A DNA stretch of 62,272 nt from contig JBILLF010000006.1 of NCBI GenBank assembly GCA_044376225.1, forward strand, positions 1 through 62,272, written 5' to 3'. This DNA is from Patescibacteria group bacterium. Its GTDB lineage: Bacteria > Bacteroidota > Ignavibacteria > Kapaibacteriales > Kapaibacteriaceae. Made by a program: the position numbers and the translations under genes. The notes under the pieces are model-generated. The model saw only the letters and a program-made list of their open reading frames with translations, made no database searches and was not told the origin of the DNA. Below, one piece after another: positions 8,835 to 19,443 of the stretch. Position 1 is the stretch's first letter. Each line of letters begins with the position of its first letter.

Positions 8835-10254
8835 AGACGGTCCGCCGGTTGAGTGCCTGATTCTCAGGCGTATCATTCGGAACGATCGGCATCAGGAATC
8901 CGAAGCCGCGGGTACGAAGACGGGACTGATCAACACCACGAACAACAAGTGCCTCTTTGACGGATGCAGCACGCTCCTCTGAGAGTTTCTGGTTGTACTC
9001 TGTGCGATTGTCATCGGGTCCATTGCGCGAAGCATGACCCTGAATCTCGAGTACCACTTGATCGAAACGCTGCAGGGCATCGGCAAGCTCATCGAGAATC
9101 GGATACGATGAAGAATCGATGATGCTCTCGTCGAAGGCAAAGAGAATACGTTTGGAGAACTCCGACGAGTCGATCATTGGATTCAGCGGCGTCTTGTCAT
9201 AGACCCCTCGAGCGATCAAGGTGTCACGTCCAGGAATTTGCACCGTGAGGTCCGCTGTATGGAGGCCCTCAAAACGTGGTGGCCGGTAGGTGACGAGGTA
9301 GTAATTGCGCAGGCTGTTCCAGATATCCTGGAAGATTGCCAGCAGATCCTTCTTGGTATAGGCTCGGTAGTACTTGCCACCAGTGTAGAGCGACAGTTCC
9401 TGGAGGGGCTCGTCTCTGGCGAATCCGAAGCCCACACAGTAGATCGAGATATTGTGCTTGGTGGCAAACTCGTAGATGTCGGATGCCTTTGTTGTTGACG
9501 TGTTCTCATCACCGTCGGCAAAGACCACGCAGACCTTTGGCTGGTCAAGAGGCACGCTGTCGAGCGTCCGCAGCGACGACATGATGCCGTCATACGTTGA
9601 TGTAAAAAGTCCGATCGGACGCTTGACGTACTCGCGCAGAGCCGGAAACATCACAGTGGTATCCGCAGAGAGTGGAAACACCTCCGTGATCACTTTGTGA
9701 TAGGCCGTGAGCGAGATCTTATCGCACGGACGTTTCATTCCGATAAAGAGCCCCGTGCCAAGATCAAGTGTTGGTTTCGCCCCTTTCATCGATCCCGAGT
9801 TGTCGATAGCCAGCGCGATGTTGGCCGGAATGGAGTCTTGTTCGCCGACCTCACGCACCACGTAGTTCGTAACAACAGAGTCCTTGACGCGCCGTCGCGA
9901 TCCGAGGTGCTCGACCAGCTTCGGGAAATAGTCTGGCGCGCCGGCCTTCTTATAGGGGGCTGCCATATGCGTAACGATGTAGCCCGTGGTGTCGATCACA
10001 CGCACGAACAGTCGGATGGAGTCTGGATAGGAGTAGTGTTCGAGCTTCCAGACATCTGTCTTAACTGTCTTGACATCGCTGATGGAGTCGATGTGACGCG
10101 TGGATGTGAACCTCAGCTCCGAGGTGCGCTCACCGTCATCGCGCAGGTCGAAGTCCTGGTTGAGGTACTTGGGTCCCTTGCAGCCTGCCATCGCCACGAA
10201 GAGGGCGGTGAAGGCAAGAAGGCGCATCAGCAGCAACCGGTCATTCTTACTCAT
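8815..10254 (-). CDS. vWA + OmpA-domain lipoprotein
   Basis: MAGC lipobox, DNSGS MIDAS and ADGDEN, C-terminal YNQKLSEERA..GFG..NRR OmpA motif; start uncertain (10254 or 10227). Confidence 0.85.
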   Translation of the reverse strand: MSKNDRLLLMRLLAFTALFVAMAGCKGPKYLNQDFDLRDDGERTSELRFTSTRHIDSISDVKTVKTDVWKLEHYSYPDSIRLFVRVIDTTGYIVTHMAAPYKKAGAPDYFPKLVEHLGSRRRVKDSVVTNYVVREVGEQDSIPANIALAIDNSGSMKGAKPTLDLGTGLFIGMKRPCDKISLTAYHKVITEVFPLSADTTVMFPALREYVKRPIGLFTSTYDGIMSSLRTLDSVPLDQPKVCVVFADGDENTSTTKASDIYEFATKHNISIYCVGFGFARDEPLQELSLYTGGKYYRAYTKKDLLAIFQDIWNSLRNYYLVTYRPPRFEGLHTADLTVQIPGRDTLIARGVYDKTPLNPMIDSSEFSKRILFAFDESIIDSSSYPILDELADALQRFDQVVLEIQGHASRNGPDDNRTEYNQKLSEERAASVKEALVVRGVDQSRLRTRGFGFLMPIVPNDTPENQALNRRTVFRILRK

Positions 10255-11191
10255 GCCCAAGGCCGACGTTGACGTTCACGCCTTTATTGCGGGCATCCTG
10301 CAGAATGGCGCGGATCCAGTAGAGCGTACTGTCGAACCGGTCGGCAAACTTCTCATCATAGATCAAGGTGTTGAGAAGCCCCTTGTTGGCCTTGACCTCG
10401 ATCATCACCGAGTCAATACGACGGATAAGCGAGTCGGCATTCGTCAGGGCTTTGTCGGCACGGCCCAGCGTTCCGTCGATCGATAGTAGCGTGGCGTCCA
10501 GCCGGTCAATGAGGCGCGAAACCTTTGGCTCGTTTCGATCGATGCTGGTCCGCAGCTGTGAGGTGATCGACCGCAGGTCGCGGATCGATGCTCCGAGGGG
10601 ATCCTTGTTGGCGGCAAACCATGAACGCAGGTCTTTAACGAAGATGGCGCCTTCGGAGGAGATTGTCTTGACATCCGTGACAAACTGCCCGTCTCGCGTC
10701 AGCTCTGTCAATGTGCCAGTGAGCGAATCCAATCGCCGGACAATACTGACGGCGTTTCCGCTCACGTCACCGATCGTCGCAACAAGTCCGCCGAGATCGG
10801 CCGAGACCGTCCCAGGTATCTCCCGGCTGATATCAAAGGGCTCTGGCCCTGTTCCTGGAGTAAGTTCGATCTTCTTACCTCCGGTGATTTCCAGGATCGT
10901 CACACGGGCCGTTGCGTCGGCGTGCAGATCTGAAACGTCATCGACCTCGGCGTTGATGATGACGGTGCCGTTCTGGTTGACCACGCCTGTGACCTGGCCG
11001 CGCTTGACGCCGTTGATCACCACCGGACTGCCAGCTTCGGCACCGCCGGAGGAGGCCGAGCGGATCCTGATCTGCTTGAGACTCGGGTCCAGACTGATGC
11101 CCTTACCAAGCATGATTCCGCCGATCAGCAGTGCGATCGACAGGATGCTTACGATACCTACACGAATTTCCGTACTACGCGTTACGTCCAA
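10247..11191 (-). CDS. MlaD/MCE family protein
   Basis: EIRVG + TM helix, GSPVVINGVKRGQV MCE motif, long helical C-terminus. Confidence 0.85.
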   Translation of the reverse strand: MDVTRSTEIRVGIVSILSIALLIGGIMLGKGISLDPSLKQIRIRSASSGGAEAGSPVVINGVKRGQVTGVVNQNGTVIINAEVDDVSDLHADATARVTILEITGGKKIELTPGTGPEPFDISREIPGTVSADLGGLVATIGDVSGNAVSIVRRLDSLTGTLTELTRDGQFVTDVKTISSEGAIFVKDLRSWFAANKDPLGASIRDLRSITSQLRTSIDRNEPKVSRLIDRLDATLLSIDGTLGRADKALTNADSLIRRIDSVMIEVKANKGLLNTLIYDEKFADRFDSTLYWIRAILQDARNKGVNVNVGLGHE

Positions 11192-11211
11192 GCCAGGGTC
11201 TCCGAGGAATG

Positions 11212-11628
11212 TCAGAAGGGAATGTCGTCGGCGGCCGGCGTTGACGTACTAGCTTCCGGTTCAGTTTCCGCATGGTTGCCGCCGTTCTCAGTTTTCTTTC
11301 CGTCGAGCAGCAAGAGGTTTTCGGCAATGATCTCGGTAACGTAGCGCTTGTTGCCGTCGCGGTCATCAAACGAACGCGACTGGATCTTACCTTCGACATA
11401 GAGCCGTGAACCGCGCCGAACGAGCCGCTCGACAACGTCGGCCAGCCCCCTCCAAGCGATCACCGTATGCCAGTCGGTATGTTCCTGGACGGCTCCGTCT
11501 TTGTCCTTCCAGGTTTCAGATGTGGCCATGCGAAGCTGCGCCACCTTCACGCCGCTTGGCGTGAAATGCACGTCGGGATCCTTACCGACATTGCCGATAA
11601 GCATCACTTTGTTAAGAGTGCGAGACAT
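11212..11628 (-). CDS. ssb: Single-stranded DNA-binding protein
   Basis: LNKVMLIGNVGKDP, TDWHTV, VEGKIQSR, C-terminal DDIPF. Confidence 0.96.
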   Translation of the reverse strand: MSRTLNKVMLIGNVGKDPDVHFTPSGVKVAQLRMATSETWKDKDGAVQEHTDWHTVIAWRGLADVVERLVRRGSRLYVEGKIQSRSFDDRDGNKRYVTEIIAENLLLLDGKKTENGGNHAETEPEASTSTPAADDIPF

Positions 11629-11772
11629 AGGATTACCTCTTCCGTAAACACAGGGGTTACTGAAACGCCCCGGTGATTGTCGAAGTGGCAGAAAACTACG
11701 CAATCTCGGGGCTTTACGGTCTATGAGTCGCTGATCCAAAGAAACGTGACAAGATGCCGCGTAAATTGTTCG

Positions 11773-12528
11773 ATGATGCAGTCAGTACCAGAGCGGTGTC
11801 TCGTAATCAATGGTCAAGTTTTCGATCTCAACCATCGACATGACATTGCATTGCCAATTACTCCCGATGAGGCAACCAATGCCTTCTCACTGCCGCCGGC
11901 AACATTCGAGCCCTTTCGTATCGGGGGATTCGTGGGAAGTGTCGAAGAGGGCGGCCCTGTGCGCTGTGATGTGGTTACGCTTGCTCCGCACGGCAACGGT
12001 ACGCACACGGAATGTGTCGGACACATTGCCGGTCGAGGCTTCACGGTTGATGAGTGTATGCATGATCTGGTGGATACCGCTACTCTCGTCAGTGTGGAGC
12101 CGACAGAGTTAGGGGGCGATCTTGTCGTATCGCGCAATGCGCTGCAGGCAGCCTGGACTGAGTCCGAAACGACCACGCTGGTGCTCCGCACTTTTCCAAA
12201 CGACCCCTCAAAGCGTACACGCCGTTGGTCGTCGAACAACCCACCCTACATTCACATCGACGCTATGGACCTGATCGTCGAGCGCGGTGTGCGCCACCTG
12301 ATGGTAGATATTCCCTCGGTGGATCGTGAGGAAGATCAGGGGGCCCTTGTTGCCCACCATCGCTTCTGGCAATGGCCCGATGCCCCGCGCACTGACTGCA
12401 CCATAACAGAGTTGATATTCATTCCAAACAACGTGCCCGACGGTTTCTATGCCGTAATGTTCAACGTTGCCCCCTTCCATGGCGATGCGGCGCCGTCGAG
12501 TCCAGTGCTGTTGACGCTGCGCGTGTGA
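11773..12528 (+). CDS. Cyclase family (kynurenine formamidase-like) metal hydrolase
   Basis: PHGNGTHTEC, DIPSVDRE, HHRFW, ITELI, DAAPS motifs. Confidence 0.85.
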   Translation: MMQSVPERCLVINGQVFDLNHRHDIALPITPDEATNAFSLPPATFEPFRIGGFVGSVEEGGPVRCDVVTLAPHGNGTHTECVGHIAGRGFTVDECMHDLVDTATLVSVEPTELGGDLVVSRNALQAAWTESETTTLVLRTFPNDPSKRTRRWSSNNPPYIHIDAMDLIVERGVRHLMVDIPSVDREEDQGALVAHHRFWQWPDAPRTDCTITELIFIPNNVPDGFYAVMFNVAPFHGDAAPSSPVLLTLRV

Positions 12529-13083
12529 GACGCTGCGCGTGCGAGACGCTGCGCGTGCGAGACGGCTGCGCCGTGCGAGACGCTGCGCCGTGCGAGACGC
12601 TTCGCGTGTGAGACGGCTGCGCCGTGCGAGACGGCTGCGCCGTGCGAGACGGCTGTGCCGTGCGAGACGGCTGCGCCGTGCGAGACGCTTCGCGTGTGAG
12701 ACGGCTGCGCCGTGTTAGACGCTGCGCGTGCGAGACGGCTGCGCCGTGTGAGACGGCTGCGCGTGCTATACGGCTGCGCCGTGCGAGACGGCTGCGCCGT
12801 GTGAGACGGCTGCGCCGTGTGAGACGGCTGCGCCGTGTGAGACGGCTGCGCCGTGTGAGACGGCTTCGCCGTGTGAGCCGGCTGCGCCGTGTGAGACGGC
12901 TGCGCCGTGTGAGACGGCTGCGCGTGCTATACGGCTGCGCCGTGCTATACGGCTGCGCCGCGTGAGACGGCTGCGCCGTGTGAGACGGCTGCGCCGTGTG
13001 AGACGGCTGCGCGTGCTATACGGCTGCGCCGTGTGAGACGCTTCGCGTGCGAGACGGCTGCGCCGTGCGAGACGCTTCGCGTC
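12513..13083. repeat. Tandem array of about 33 16-18-bp hairpin units, ACG(G)C-T(G/T)C-GC(C)GT plus 5-nt linker
   Basis: Units parsed by eye; consensus GACGGCTGCGCCGTGTGA. Confidence 0.95.
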
Positions 13084-13126
13084 ATTGGTGGGAGTTGGCA
13101 TAGCAGAAGAACGTCAGCATCACCCC

Positions 13127-13167
13127 GCAACCTGCAACCTAAAACCTAAAACCTGAAACCTGAAACC

Positions 13168-13168
<1 letters not shown>
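13127..13168. repeat. Six heptamer repeats (G/A)(C/A)AACCT
   Basis: gcaacct gcaacct aaaacct aaaacct gaaacct gaaacct, overlapping the stop codon of the sigma-54 activator. Confidence 0.9.
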
Positions 13169-14382
<1,214 letters not shown>

Positions 14383-14388
14383 GAGGGG

Positions 14389-15393
14389 TTAGTGTTTTGT
14401 CTTCCACTCGGCCCAGCCGCCGGTGTAGATGAAGATGGGTCCGTAGTTGAACTGCTTAAGAACGTCCGCAACGTGATGCGAAAGCTCGCATTCGCCGCCG
14501 TCACAATAGATCAGGATCACCCGGTCGCGTGGAGTCTGCATGATGTCCGGGATGCGTGACTGAACCTCGCCGCCGAAGATGTTGGTTGCCCCGGCGATGT
14601 GACCCTCTGCATACTTTTCAGCTCCGCGAGCATCGATCAAATGATACGGTCCGGCATTGATAAACCGGACAAAAGCATCGTGTCCGATCTCTCGCACAAG
14701 GCCCGGCTCGGCTACAAAGGTGTTTGTCGGTTTCTCTGATATGGTCTGTGCGGCTGGCTTCTCTGTCGAAACTGCTTGTGCAGGAGTTGCCGAAGAAGTC
14801 TCTCCAGCTAACGCAGCAGATCGTTCGGGGGCGGCGGTGACAGGAGCCGTTTGAGCAGTTGGTGCCGGGCTCCCGAGGAATTTCTCGAGTTCTTTATTCG
14901 AGATCTGTGTGCGTTCGTACTCTTTCTTCACCCAAGGGATCTGCTTTGGATTCATGCTGTTGAATACCGCTGCAAGAGCTATTGCAGCAATGATCAGCAG
15001 CCCCCCTTCAAAGAGCATCGTTGATGTTGGCTTTGCCGGCTTGGACGGACGTGTGTTCATACGGCCAAGGGGCTCTCCAGCCAGCAAATGAAAGTGCAGA
15101 TGAAAAACTGTCTGTCCAGCATCCTCGTTGCAGTTGGTCACAACGCGGTAGCCGTTCTCGACAACACCGTGTCTGCGGGCAAGGTCGCGGGCAACCATGA
15201 AAACGTGCCCCACGAGCTCAGCATCCGAACTCTCCAATGCCTCCACGTTGCGGATCGCTCGCTTAGGGATGATCAGCAGATGTAAAGGGGCACTCGGTGC
15301 GATATCGCGAATAGCAATGACGAGATCGTCCTCGTACTCGATGGTCGATGGGATCTCGCGGGCGATGATGCGTTCGAAGATGGTAGGTTGCAT
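14389..15393 (-). CDS. HIT (Hint-like) + TM helix + rhodanese fusion
   Basis: TIFERII..QTVFHLHFHLL histidine triad; hydrophobic helix; IDARG..GHIAGA..IYCDGGEC..YTGGWAEW rhodanese. Confidence 0.8.
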   Translation of the reverse strand: MQPTIFERIIAREIPSTIEYEDDLVIAIRDIAPSAPLHLLIIPKRAIRNVEALESSDAELVGHVFMVARDLARRHGVVENGYRVVTNCNEDAGQTVFHLHFHLLAGEPLGRMNTRPSKPAKPTSTMLFEGGLLIIAAIALAAVFNSMNPKQIPWVKKEYERTQISNKELEKFLGSPAPTAQTAPVTAAPERSAALAGETSSATPAQAVSTEKPAAQTISEKPTNTFVAEPGLVREIGHDAFVRFINAGPYHLIDARGAEKYAEGHIAGATNIFGGEVQSRIPDIMQTPRDRVILIYCDGGECELSHHVADVLKQFNYGPIFIYTGGWAEWKTKH

Positions 15394-15398
15394 AGAGG

Positions 15399-15839
15399 CT
15401 ATGGTATCGAGTAGAATTTCTTCAACGTTGCATAGGCGTCGTTGATCTCACGAGCCCTGCGCTGAGCGATTGCCTGCTGCTCGGCCGGGGCGCTTACGTG
15501 TCGGTCCGGATGCCAGCGAGCGATAGCTGCCTTGTAGGCCTGCTTGATCGCAGAAGCATCGGCCGTGACGGGCACGTTCAGCGTTGTATGAGCCTTGACC
15601 ACATCGGCCGGGAGCTCTGCCGGCTGCGCACGATGGTGGTATGACGACGATCTGCCGGACCTCGTGTCGCGGGTATCGGAAGCTGATGCCCCCTCCCGGC
15701 TCAGCTCGTCAATGATCCGCCGCAGTTCGTCATCCTCGGATTCCACCATTCGGTTGGCCCATGATTGGTCGGACGCACGGGTTGCTGACGTGACGGATGA
15801 CCGGACGTAGTTGCGGAGGCGATCGAAGAGCTGACCCAT
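15399..15839 (-). CDS. Protein with C-terminal DnaJ (J) domain
   Basis: IKQAYKAAIARWHPDR..EINDAYATL. Confidence 0.85.
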   Translation of the reverse strand: MGQLFDRLRNYVRSSVTSATRASDQSWANRMVESEDDELRRIIDELSREGASASDTRDTRSGRSSSYHHRAQPAELPADVVKAHTTLNVPVTADASAIKQAYKAAIARWHPDRHVSAPAEQQAIAQRRAREINDAYATLKKFYSIP

Positions 15840-15848
15840 TTAGGCAAA

Positions 15849-18251
15849 TTACAATCGTGCGCCGAGGCTGAAGTAGAGCAGAACCGGTTCGACCACCGTT
15901 CTTGGCGTCGATGGTAACCGGTAGATGCACTGACCTACCGAGATGTTGAACGGTCCGATAGGCGAGTCGATACCCAGCGTGGCTCCGACGCCTTGGCGCA
16001 GCTGATCGATGCGGATGAATTCGGGGTTTTCCCAGACAGCGCCCACGTCATAGCGGACAGAGAGATAGGTGTCGAACAAGATTCGGACCGGGAGCTTTAC
16101 ACGCACATCGAAGTTGCCCACCACGATCTGGCGTCCGCGAATCTGGTCCTCACGCATTCCGAAGAGCATTTCCTGTCCACCCAGCGAGAATTGTTCTGTA
16201 AGGGGCAGGGTGCGGTCGGCAGCCCCGATCATGGCTGATGGGGTAAGCGTCAGCCAGCCAAGATCAAAGATCGACGAGGCAGCTGCCGAGAGCTTCGTGA
16301 ATGACACTTCGTTTGACAATCGCAAGACCGAAGTTTCGGCAAAGAGGTCGATCGTGCGGCCCCGCGTGGCATAGGCTGTGCGATTACGGTCATCCCATCG
16401 AGCTACGGCCCGGACGGTACCTATGGTCTGGAAAGCCGTACGTCCGGTAGCATTGAGATCGCGGTAGCGCAGGTTTTCATAGCGCAGTTCGGCCAGTACC
16501 ACGCCATTTCGTTCGAGCTGACGTCCAGCGCTGAGGCGAGCACCATGACGGTCTTCGGAGAATTCATCCACGCGAAGTGGAATCGGAGCGTGCGCCGGAC
16601 GGCCCTCGCGGTTGCCGTAGATCCAAACGTTGCGGAAGCTCGTATACGCCTTCAGTGTTGCTGTCCAGAGCGTACCGGCAATGCGCGGGATCTCCATACC
16701 AACGGCAAGCGAGCCGATCCGCTCGCTCAATGTGCCCCGTGCCATCAGCCGAAGTCCGGGTGTGAGAAAGCTCTCCTGCGTCAGCTGCAGCGAGCCCTGT
16801 GTGTAGCGCTCGTTATCCACCCGCAGACCCAGTCCAACGGACTGGTTACCTTTACCACGCGCCGCAATGGTAACGCGTGTGCCGCTGACTTCATGGGGCT
16901 CGGCACGCACATCAACGTCGTTCAGTAGGTCACTGGCGTTGAGGTTCTGCCACGTGCGGATCAGCGCAGGCAGTGTCAGCGTGTCTGATTCCGTGAAGAC
17001 AAGTTCGCGCTGTACTTCGCTCGCACCCACATCGGATCGCAGATCCAGATTAGTGGTCAGGCGCGTACCACGGTCAATAACGATCTCCAACACCAGATCC
17101 TTGACGGACATGGTCCGGACAAATGCATGATCGAAGCCACGTGACCGCAGACTGCGCAATACGCGTGTGCGAACCTCGCGGTTGAGGACCTCGCGGGAAG
17201 CAAAGAGACCTTCGGTTGACACATCGGATCGCAGCGCTTCGGCCAGAGCCGAGTCTCCGTCGATCGAGACAATGCGTAGTGGCGGAATCGTAATGCGGAT
17301 GTTTTGATCCTGCTGCAGCCCGGCAAGGCGCTGAAGGCTCTCATACTGCTGCTCGGCGGCCTGCGCACCGAGAGTGACAATCGAATCGACGTCACCGAAA
17401 TCGAACGTCGTGCGTCCACCCAGATCAGGCGTGATCACCAGGTCAGCCTCGGTAAGGCGCACCGAGTCGAGGAGTTTCATCGACGACATCAATGCCTGAT
17501 CGGCGATTAAAAGGGCTGTGGTCAGGGCTTCCGCCTTTTCAAGGGGGCTAACCGTATTGACGACGATGATCTTCGTTGCACCGAGCCCCCTGGCAATGTC
17601 AGTGGGGATATTTGCAACGAGTCCTCCATCGACAAGGATCGAGTCATCGCTCCAGCGCACAGGTGAATACCGCAACGGAAAGGTTGCGCTTGCACGCACG
17701 GCCAGCGCAAGGTTACCGCTGCCGAGCACGGCTGGACGTCCGTTGGCTAGATTCGTGGCCACAACGCGCAACGGAATCCGCAGATCATCGAATCGAGTGA
17801 CGTGACCGTAGGGACTCTTCCACAGAATCTGCTGCAGGAGCAATGAAAAGCGGGCGCTTCCGCCGATGGCGGTAGGGGGCTGAACAGCGAAGTTGTTGAA
17901 CCGTAGCTTGAGAAGGTTCTGGTCGCTTTCCTGCTTCTGCGAGAGGAACATGAACTCACGCTCCGAGTCCGAACGCAGAGAGATGATGTCGCCCCAGTCA
18001 ATGGTTCGCATGATGCTGTCGATCTCGTCGGCCGTGTGACCGGCGGCATAGAGAGCACCCACAACGCTTCCGAAGGAACATCCGACGATCACATCAGGTC
18101 GCACTCCCGCGCGTTCCAGCACGCGAAGGACACCGATCTGCGATAGACCACGCGCGCCCCCTCCTGTCAGAACCAGTGCAAGCCGATTCTGCTGTGACGA
18201 AGCGGTCAGCGCCGTCAGGCAAAGGAGTGCAGATATCGCAATTGCCCGCAT
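15849..18251 (-). CDS. Patatin-like phospholipase with C-terminal Omp85/BamA barrel (PlpD-like)
   Basis: Signal peptide, GGGARG, GCSFG, DGG; C-terminal FSLGG..GMRE..SPIGP..YFSLGARL. Confidence 0.85.
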   Translation of the reverse strand: MRAIAISALLCLTALTASSQQNRLALVLTGGGARGLSQIGVLRVLERAGVRPDVIVGCSFGSVVGALYAAGHTADEIDSIMRTIDWGDIISLRSDSEREFMFLSQKQESDQNLLKLRFNNFAVQPPTAIGGSARFSLLLQQILWKSPYGHVTRFDDLRIPLRVVATNLANGRPAVLGSGNLALAVRASATFPLRYSPVRWSDDSILVDGGLVANIPTDIARGLGATKIIVVNTVSPLEKAEALTTALLIADQALMSSMKLLDSVRLTEADLVITPDLGGRTTFDFGDVDSIVTLGAQAAEQQYESLQRLAGLQQDQNIRITIPPLRIVSIDGDSALAEALRSDVSTEGLFASREVLNREVRTRVLRSLRSRGFDHAFVRTMSVKDLVLEIVIDRGTRLTTNLDLRSDVGASEVQRELVFTESDTLTLPALIRTWQNLNASDLLNDVDVRAEPHEVSGTRVTIAARGKGNQSVGLGLRVDNERYTQGSLQLTQESFLTPGLRLMARGTLSERIGSLAVGMEIPRIAGTLWTATLKAYTSFRNVWIYGNREGRPAHAPIPLRVDEFSEDRHGARLSAGRQLERNGVVLAELRYENLRYRDLNATGRTAFQTIGTVRAVARWDDRNRTAYATRGRTIDLFAETSVLRLSNEVSFTKLSAAASSIFDLGWLTLTPSAMIGAADRTLPLTEQFSLGGQEMLFGMREDQIRGRQIVVGNFDVRVKLPVRILFDTYLSVRYDVGAVWENPEFIRIDQLRQGVGATLGIDSPIGPFNISVGQCIYRLPSTPRTVVEPVLLYFSLGARL

Positions 18252-18262
18252 CGACAGCCTTG

Positions 18263-19144
18263 TCAGGTGCTGCTGCGTTGTGACGCGTATGACTCAGCCA
18301 TGGCCAGCCACAGGGCTTCAAATCTGTCTTCCTGCGCACACCGGTCTTGCACCGTCTGCACGGCGATGTCTTTTGTGCTGGAGTGCGTAAACACATCGTC
18401 ACTGCGTCCGGCCAGGATGGCGTCAATGATGATCGTGGCGCATTCTTCGGCCGTCATCATACGCGAGAGCGGTGCCGGGGAAAGGCCCTGCTCGCGGGCA
18501 ATTGTTCGAGAGCGGGGTATGGCCGCACCATAAAGTGCGCCAATGGAGCCCCCTTCCGTGGCATCGGCCCACTCGGTGATGATGCCAGCTGGACACACCA
18601 CGCAGGCATTGATGTTCGTGCCAACAAGTTCCGTTCGTAGTGCGGCGATGAAGCCCACCACGGCGTGCTTGGCGGCAACGTAGGCGGCGTTAAAGGGGTG
18701 ACCATATCGTCCTGCCACGCTGGAGATGGCGACGATGCTGCCGGTGTTGGTCCGTCGCATGTGTGGCAGAGCGCGGGCTGTGAGCCAGAAGATAGAGTCA
18801 ACGTTCACCGCGAACATTGAACGCCACTGCTCGGTGGGTGTGTCTTCAACACTGTTCATGTTGCCACGCCCAGCGTTGTTGATGAGCACGTCGATGCGTC
18901 CGCAGGTAGTAACGACCTCGTTGATGACGCGCTCGCACTCGCTTTCAACCGACACATCGGCAACGATGCAAACGGCCTGGCCACCACGTTCAGTGACGGC
19001 TTCTGCCACTGACTGTAGTCGGTCCTGACGTCGAGCTACAAGCACAACACGACAACCGCGCGAGGCCGCATTCAAGGCCAGGGCTGCGCCAAGGCCCGAT
19101 GATGCACCGGTAATGACAACGACAGAGGAGGGATCAAGATTCAT
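18263..19144 (-). CDS. Short-chain dehydrogenase/reductase
   Basis: TGASSGLG, NNAG, YVAAK. Confidence 0.9.
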   Translation of the reverse strand: MNLDPSSVVVITGASSGLGAALALNAASRGCRVVLVARRQDRLQSVAEAVTERGGQAVCIVADVSVESECERVINEVVTTCGRIDVLINNAGRGNMNSVEDTPTEQWRSMFAVNVDSIFWLTARALPHMRRTNTGSIVAISSVAGRYGHPFNAAYVAAKHAVVGFIAALRTELVGTNINACVVCPAGIITEWADATEGGSIGALYGAAIPRSRTIAREQGLSPAPLSRMMTAEECATIIIDAILAGRSDDVFTHSSTKDIAVQTVQDRCAQEDRFEALWLAMAESYASQRSST

Positions 19145-19164
19145 GGTGGAGATCGTAGTAAACG

Positions 19165-19443
19165 TTACACAATGCGAAAAGTGTGAAACTCTCGGTGGTT
19201 GGGCAGTTCGTCACACGTCACAGATGTGACAGTGGCAAACTGTGGCCCTTGCCGGAGGATCATCTCAAACTCTGTCAGCGCTTCGACGGTTCCCTGGGCA
19301 ACGCATTCGACCACGCCATCTTCGAGATTGGTCACGAATCCATGGAGATAGAGTCGGTGTGCATGATGCAACGCAAAGCGCCGGTATCCGACTCCTTGTA
19401 CGTGGCCCTCGATGGTATAGCGCACGGTTTCAACATTATCCAC
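19165..19443 (-). CDS. acyP: Acylphosphatase
   Basis: GHVQGVGYR, GFVTNLEDG, GP..A.V. Confidence 0.9.
   Translation of the reverse strand: MDNVETVRYTIEGHVQGVGYRRFALHHAHRLYLHGFVTNLEDGVVECVAQGTVEALTEFEMILRQGPQFATVTSVTCDELPNHREFHTFRIV

Noticed and set aside
11212-11628. ssb as a mobile-element or replication gene linked to the hairpin array
   Set aside because: It looks like the housekeeping SSB (DDIPF tail), co-oriented with mlaD, with no rep, relaxase or integrase nearby.
12513-13083. CRISPR array, or Arg-rich / SHGAAV-repeat proteins
   Set aside because: There are no unique spacers (5-nt linkers only) and no cas genes. Mixed 16/17/18-bp units break the frame, so the ORFs are repeat artefacts.
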